Below the pieces are notes generated by a model. The model did no database searches. It was given only the letters and a program-made list of their open reading frames with translations, and was not told the DNA's origin. Below are positions 25,596-29,948 of a DNA stretch of 29,948 nt, in pieces. The first letter of the stretch is position 1. The number at the start of each line of letters is the position of its first letter. The DNA is from a virus. Taxonomy: Duplodnaviria; Caudoviricetes. The stretch lies in the IMG/VR virus record IMGVR_UViG_3300050162_000126, positions 1 through 29,948 of that record; one strand, written 5' to 3'. The translations under genes and the position numbers were made by a program.

Positions 25596-25823
25596 CTAAA
25601 CCCCGCTGATTTGTTGCTGGATACAAACCAGCCCCTTCCCCTTATTCTCGATTTCCATGTGTAATTCAAGATCGACGCCGTGGCACCGCGCATAGATGCC
25701 GGCAGCAAGAACCGCATCTTCATATGTGGTTGGCGTCCCAATGGGAACAGACTTCATATTTCCGAAAAGATCGAAAACCATCCAGGCCCGCAAGTCCCCA
25801 TTGATGCGGATGACGTTTTGCAT
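25596..25823 (-). CDS. Hypothetical protein (75 aa)
   Basis: AGGGA SD before ATG 25823; fills the gap between its neighbours almost exactly. Confidence 0.65.
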   Translation of the reverse strand: MQNVIRINGDLRAWMVFDLFGNMKSVPIGTPTTYEDAVLAAGIYARCHGVDLELHMEIENKGKGLVCIQQQISGV

Positions 25824-25830
25824 GGTGTCC

Positions 25831-26289
25831 CTATGCTGATCGGACTTGCAGGATATAGAGCGCAACGGTTCCCGCCGCGCCAATGGCTTCCACGTTCTGG
25901 ATGGAATGAAATCGAGTATCCACATTGATGATCTCGCCCTTTTGGGGATCGCGGCCAAGCGTGTCACCGATCATGAAGACCTGGCGGTCACCGGCATGGA
26001 TAATTTCACCGTCGACGGCCTTATCCGGATAACCGAAGACCAGCGCCTTGATGTCTGTGATCTGCGGTTGCCCCACCACTGAGTCGGTAGGATCTGCGCC
26101 GGGCGTTACGGTCTTGGTGATGAATTGCACCGTACCATTAGCGTATTTGGTGATTAGGCGTTTCGCTGTGGCCAGGGCGCGCGCCCAAAAGCCCGATGCA
26201 GCGGGCGAATCACTTACAGGCGCGTCGGCTATGACCTGCTCAAGCCAGTCACCCATTGCCCCGGCGGCCATGGGAAAGAAGGTTGTCAT
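25831..26289 (-). CDS. Head closure (stopper) protein with a ~30 aa N-terminal extension
   Basis: A.RLI.KY...VDG.II..GD...G....V...Y.LQVR pattern; follows the adaptor gene. Confidence 0.78.
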   Translation of the reverse strand: MTTFFPMAAGAMGDWLEQVIADAPVSDSPAASGFWARALATAKRLITKYANGTVQFITKTVTPGADPTDSVVGQPQITDIKALVFGYPDKAVDGEIIHAGDRQVFMIGDTLGRDPQKGEIINVDTRFHSIQNVEAIGAAGTVALYILQVRSA

Positions 26290-26868
26290 TTAGGACCGCC
26301 TTCCGCGCGCCACAGAGGCCGCCGCCGCACCTGTGGATGATGGCGCCTCTGCCACATAGCCGGTCAGCATCCGGATAACCTCAGTGGGCAGGATATCCGG
26401 CGCCGTGGCCTCAAAGTATTCCACTTCGATCGGACCCACCTTTTCCATTTTGATAGTTGAGGTGTCGCGTTCGACGGCGCGATCAGATATCACGATGTAC
26501 CGGCAGTATTCCGCCGCGGCTTGCTGAACGGGCTTGGGAACGATATCGCCAGGCACCTGGTAATAAGCCGGATAGCTCATGTTTTCATTGCCGGTGACGA
26601 CAGGACCGTCGACCACATAGGAAATCACGATACCGATTCGGGGGAAGTCGACGCCTTGGACGCCCGGATTAACCGGTGCGCCCTTCCAGACCACGGCGGC
26701 GCATAGGGACCGGGTGGCGCAAGCCGCGATCTGTTGTTTCTGTTCCGTGGTCTTTGCCGCCCAGGCCGCACCGTAGGGCGACAGTTCATAATAGGCATCG
26801 ATAAACTCAACCGATACCAAGCTGTTTGCATCCGGAAGACCGGTGCCATCTTCCGGAGTGAACGCCAT
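26290..26868 (-). CDS. Head-tail adaptor (DnaT-like annotation family)
   Basis: MAFTPEDGTGLPDANSLVSV...FPR...VP..V..A..E...EKVGPIEVEY signature. Confidence 0.88.
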   Translation of the reverse strand: MAFTPEDGTGLPDANSLVSVEFIDAYYELSPYGAAWAAKTTEQKQQIAACATRSLCAAVVWKGAPVNPGVQGVDFPRIGIVISYVVDGPVVTGNENMSYPAYYQVPGDIVPKPVQQAAAEYCRYIVISDRAVERDTSTIKMEKVGPIEVEYFEATAPDILPTEVIRMLTGYVAEAPSSTGAAAASVARGRRS

Positions 26869-26871
26869 GAC

Positions 26872-27459
26872 TTACTTCGCGGCCTTTGCGGGTTTTGTGC
26901 CAGCCAAAGCGGCGGCATCGGCTACAGGATCGGCGGGGACCGGTTCAGGTTCGCCCTTGGGTTCAGCGCCCGGCAGATCAGCGGCGGACATCGGCGCCGG
27001 CGGCGTGGGGATGACGATGGCTTCCGGTTCGGGTGGCGGAAGAACGGGTTGTGACACGTCCAAAACGCTGGATTGCGGCATCACGCCAAAGCCCAAGAGG
27101 GTTTCAGACAGTTGAAGTTCTTCGTGGGCCGAACTTTCGTTCAGGACGTTGCCATCCGGGTCCATGTCCACGAATTGTGGCCGAACGCCGGGAAACAGTT
27201 CACGGTAGCCATCGGAGCGGGCGCACTGGATAATCAGATCGCGCTTGCTGGCATTGATGAAGACCATGACATGAGCGGGTTCGACATCATTGCCGCCATC
27301 ATCGAAGGCCGAGGAATCAACAATGCGGACATTATCGCCAGTGGCGCGCATACGGGCGGCAATACCCTTCACGGCAATGGAGTCATCAGCGTAAATGATA
27401 ATGGTCTTTTTGCCGCGTGCCTTGATCGATTGCGGCTCAATGCCTTCTAAGAAGTCCAT
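26872..27459 (-). CDS. Head-module protein: small alpha/beta domain plus Pro/Ala-rich disordered tail
   Basis: 195 aa between the glycosyltransferase and the adaptor; N-terminal beta-alpha-beta pattern; PPPEPE...APMSAADLPG tail. Confidence 0.75.
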   Translation of the reverse strand: MDFLEGIEPQSIKARGKKTIIIYADDSIAVKGIAARMRATGDNVRIVDSSAFDDGGNDVEPAHVMVFINASKRDLIIQCARSDGYRELFPGVRPQFVDMDPDGNVLNESSAHEELQLSETLLGFGVMPQSSVLDVSQPVLPPPEPEAIVIPTPPAPMSAADLPGAEPKGEPEPVPADPVADAAALAGTKPAKAAK

Positions 27460-28346
27460 GGGATAAGTCCTTGTGCTTGCATGAAGCGGAAGGGTTCACC
27501 TGAACTGATCTCCCCGGCCCGCCATTGTGCGTAAGATAGACGAATTATCAAATCGCGCACCATATTTGTAGGAGGGGCCTTTATGGCGCTGATATCGGTG
27601 CCAACGGGATAGGCCAGGCTTTGATAATGGCAAGGCTTTGCGATCATCACCGGCAAACCTTCCAGTAGCGCATCAAGGCCAGCATTTGAATTTATGGAAC
27701 AGACCAGATCATAACGCCGGACCACTTCGCGAATATCTCCCGGCGCGGCCCTGCGCAGCCCATGGGGTGGCAAGTTGGCATATGGGTGCGGTCTGTATTC
27801 AACTTCGATGCCCTGCGCCTCCAGGGCGTCCCGTATGGCATGATATGCGGCAATCAGTTCCTGACCACTCATATCGTGAGAAGCGTCGAACTGGACTTGA
27901 CCACAGATCAGCGCCCGTTTGATCGGGCCGGCCTTCGGTTCAGCGATTCGGACATTAAGGGCGGCGGCGCGATCATCCGGCGCACTGGCGGGGATTTTAC
28001 CCAAACCGCCCAAGCCGACATAGAGGAAGCCGTCCTCAAATTCCTGCGCATTATTGACGCGATCGATATAGCCCAGATCAATCACAATGACTGGGATGTT
28101 CAGGGTGCGGTATCTCGCCACGATATCCCGGCCCCAGGCCCTGACACCATAGATCACCACTACATCGGCCAGCATGTCAGACCGCCAATCCGAATGCGTA
28201 ACCGTCTTGACCTCAAAAGAAAGCCGCCCCAATCCGTTTATGGCGGACTGGAGCGGCGTGATATTGCAATCGCCAATGGCGAGGGCAGTTTTAGCGCGAA
28301 GCGATACAGAAGCCAGCGCGTTGCTTGATGGAGGAGAAGACTGCAT
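27447..28346 (-). CDS. KpsC/KpsS-like (Capsule_synth / GT107-like) glycosyltransferase
   Basis: GT-B layout with DLGYIDR, GQVQFDAS (QxxxD), YRPHP (HP) and SINSNAGLDALLEGLPV. Start uncertain: ATG 28346 inside the capsid gene, or a frameshift. Confidence 0.78.
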   Translation of the reverse strand: MQSSPPSSNALASVSLRAKTALAIGDCNITPLQSAINGLGRLSFEVKTVTHSDWRSDMLADVVVIYGVRAWGRDIVARYRTLNIPVIVIDLGYIDRVNNAQEFEDGFLYVGLGGLGKIPASAPDDRAAALNVRIAEPKAGPIKRALICGQVQFDASHDMSGQELIAAYHAIRDALEAQGIEVEYRPHPYANLPPHGLRRAAPGDIREVVRRYDLVCSINSNAGLDALLEGLPVMIAKPCHYQSLAYPVGTDISAIKAPPTNMVRDLIIRLSYAQWRAGEISSGEPFRFMQAQGLIPWTS

Positions 28347-29295
28347 CCCAATTGGACCCCGTTGCCAATGCGGCCTCAGTCGGATTGATGCCGCCGTTGG
28401 TGGCGTCCCACTGATAGCCCTTGACGGACAGGTTATGCGCACCTTCACCATGCATTTCAAGGATAAGGTTTTCAAACCCGCCCTTGGGGGTGACGATCAT
28501 CCAGTCACGTTCCGAGACGACAACTTCCGAAGCGGAAGCCACTAGGCCCAACGTATAATAGGTGGTGACCGGCGCCGAAGACGAACCGCTAACCGAATAG
28601 AGGCCCGGCGAGTCGATGACAAGCATCGGGATGCCGTAGGACGCCGGAACACCTTCATACAGGTTGTAATCGGAGACACCGGGGATTTTTGCGGCGACTT
28701 GATCACCGATCAGATCACGCCACGGCTTCGAGTGCATTACCAGACACACGATGCGATTTGAGAAGTCGCCCATGAGCGCGAGGCCCAGGTTCAGCGCAAC
28801 GGAATTCATCGTGCCGCTGGCCGGGACGGTATAAAGCGAACCCGATTGGTTCAGGGCGGCGCGGGCTACCTTGATCGCCTGGTTGACCTGTTGCTTGAGA
28901 CGGCCAACGATGAAGGCTTGGCCGATCTTGTAGCTGATTTCGGTGTAATCGCCCTTGACGGACGGATCGAAGTTCTTTTGGAACTGGCCAAGCGTCGGCT
29001 TGGTATAGACCTTCGTATTGAACTTTACAGAACGCTCATTGGCTTCGGTAAGGAACGCGGTGTCCGTCGAGGTGATCGCGGTCGAAACCGTGATATTCCG
29101 GCGGGTGAAGGCGTCTTCCAGCGAATTATAGCTGATTTTGTCGGCGTAGTGACCGACCAGCGGTTCATTGCGCAGGACCAGCGCGCCATTGGAGGCGGCG
29201 TTGAAGGCGTTCAGGTTTTGGGTGGCACCCTGGATCATGCCAGTATGAAAATACTGATCAGACAGGATGAAATCGGTATAATTACCAGCGGGCAT
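28291..29295 (-). CDS. Major capsid protein
   Basis: 334 aa after the scaffold; FNAASNGALVL, VMHS and KGYQWD...GG.NPT.AALATGSNW motifs of a siphophage HK97-fold capsid family; AGGGG SD. Confidence 0.93.
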   Translation of the reverse strand: MPAGNYTDFILSDQYFHTGMIQGATQNLNAFNAASNGALVLRNEPLVGHYADKISYNSLEDAFTRRNITVSTAITSTDTAFLTEANERSVKFNTKVYTKPTLGQFQKNFDPSVKGDYTEISYKIGQAFIVGRLKQQVNQAIKVARAALNQSGSLYTVPASGTMNSVALNLGLALMGDFSNRIVCLVMHSKPWRDLIGDQVAAKIPGVSDYNLYEGVPASYGIPMLVIDSPGLYSVSGSSSAPVTTYYTLGLVASASEVVVSERDWMIVTPKGGFENLILEMHGEGAHNLSVKGYQWDATNGGINPTEAALATGSNWDAVFSSIKQRAGFCIASR

Positions 29296-29413
29296 TTAGG
29301 TTCCCCTATGACGATGATGCCCGATTGGCGGGCTTGGATGATGAAGATTTTAATCCACCACCCAAGCACCGCTTAGGATGGGCGAGTGTCAGGGACACCG
29401 CCCGACTGTTGCA

Positions 29414-29443
29414 ATGATAACACTAACCTTTGTTATTTTGCAA
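29414..29443 (-). promoter_or_regulatory. Candidate promoter upstream of the capsid gene
   Basis: TTGCAA, 18 nt spacer, TATCAT with an extended TG on the minus strand. Confidence 0.4.
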
Positions 29444-29947
29444 CACGAGCTTATTAAACGCCTCCGGGTCGCCGTGCTTCAGATTGTAATTCTTGATTTC
29501 TGAGAAAGTCCAATCCACCGGCTTCTTATTCGCGGGAGCCTCTTCGCCTTTGTTGCCCTCGGACGCACCGGACCCACCGCCCTTCTTAAAGGTGCTATCA
29601 AACATGAACGGCGCATCAGTTTTATAGCTGCCCACCAGTTCCGCCAGGGTCAGCGGATCATAGGTTTCCTTGTTCAGCATTTCCTTGCCATCATCGCCAA
29701 CCAGTTTCATGGTGGGCTTGTTGCCCTGCCATTCAAACTTGATGTGCTTGGCGAGATCGCCGCCCAGAAACTTCTTGCCCACATCGTTGACGCCGGCGGC
29801 GGCATAGGCGCGTTCAAGCTGGACTTCGCGGGCGGTGTCTTCGGCGGCTTCACGGTACGTGACCTTTTCCGTCGACTCCGCCTTCAGCTTGCCTTCATAG
29901 GTGCGGGTGATGTCATCGCGGATTTTTGCGATTTCAAGGCCCTTAGT
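29423..29947 (-). CDS. Capsid scaffolding protein (5'-partial)
   Basis: Frame open to the window edge; charged helical N-part and PFMF...GGGSG C-terminal motif; directly upstream of the capsid gene. Confidence 0.82.
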   Translation of the reverse strand, partial: TKGLEIAKIRDDITRTYEGKLKAESTEKVTYREAAEDTAREVQLERAYAAAGVNDVGKKFLGGDLAKHIKFEWQGNKPTMKLVGDDGKEMLNKETYDPLTLAELVGSYKTDAPFMFDSTFKKGGGSGASEGNKGEEAPANKKPVDWTFSEIKNYNLKHGDPEAFNKLVLQNNKG

Positions 29948-29948
29948 C

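Larger units (their letters stand above)
1..29948. mobile_element. Segment of a siphovirus-type bacteriophage (or prophage) genome
   Basis: Contiguous replication, recombination, head, tail and lysis modules; long tape measure, no tail sheath, no host housekeeping genes. Lifestyle cannot be decided because no integrase, att site or CI is visible. Confidence 0.97.

Noticed and set aside
27762-29376. Plus-strand ORFs (188, 123 and 176 aa) opposite the GT and capsid genes
   Set aside because: Antisense shadows without start signals or motifs.
1-29948. CRISPR array, tRNA, integrase/att, reverse transcriptase/DGR, introns or inteins
   Set aside because: No repeat-spacer periodicity, cloverleaf, recombinase or RT motifs, template/variable repeat pair or interrupted gene was seen by eye; a computational scan could still find weak cases.

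Overview
The whole window is a ~30 kb piece of a tailed dsDNA phage (siphovirus-type) genome, probably infecting an alphaproteobacterium (inferred from GC content and a GapR-like gene). Left part (1-9.7 kb), early functions: HNH nuclease, a wHTH gene plus a replication initiator with internal iterons and a helicase-loader-like gene (+); RusA, a GapR-like protein and a Cro-like HTH (-); then ERF annealase, YqaJ/lambda-type exonuclease, NinB and two DNA methyltransferases (+). Right part (9.8-29.9 kb, - strand), the late operon read right to left: scaffold (partial), major capsid, a KpsC/KpsS-like glycosyltransferase, head-tail joining proteins with two inserted genes, tail tube, frameshifted tail chaperones, tape measure, two tail-tip proteins, a mosaic tail fibre and a holin/SAR endolysin/nested spanin lysis cassette. 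No integrase, CI, terminase, portal, tRNA or CRISPR array is visible. Main leads: (1) a glycosyltransferase overlapping the capsid gene, followed by a partial paralogue (candidate virion glycosylation module); (2) a self-contained cassette of a ~125 nt ORF-less transcript plus an unannotated 34 aa hyper-acidic peptide; (3) a two-state RNA switch with kissing loops in the replication leader; (4) four YGCAA-N8-TTGCR operators; (5) a repeated peptide motif that may dock tail fibres. All family calls come from motif recognition by eye; no database searches were run.
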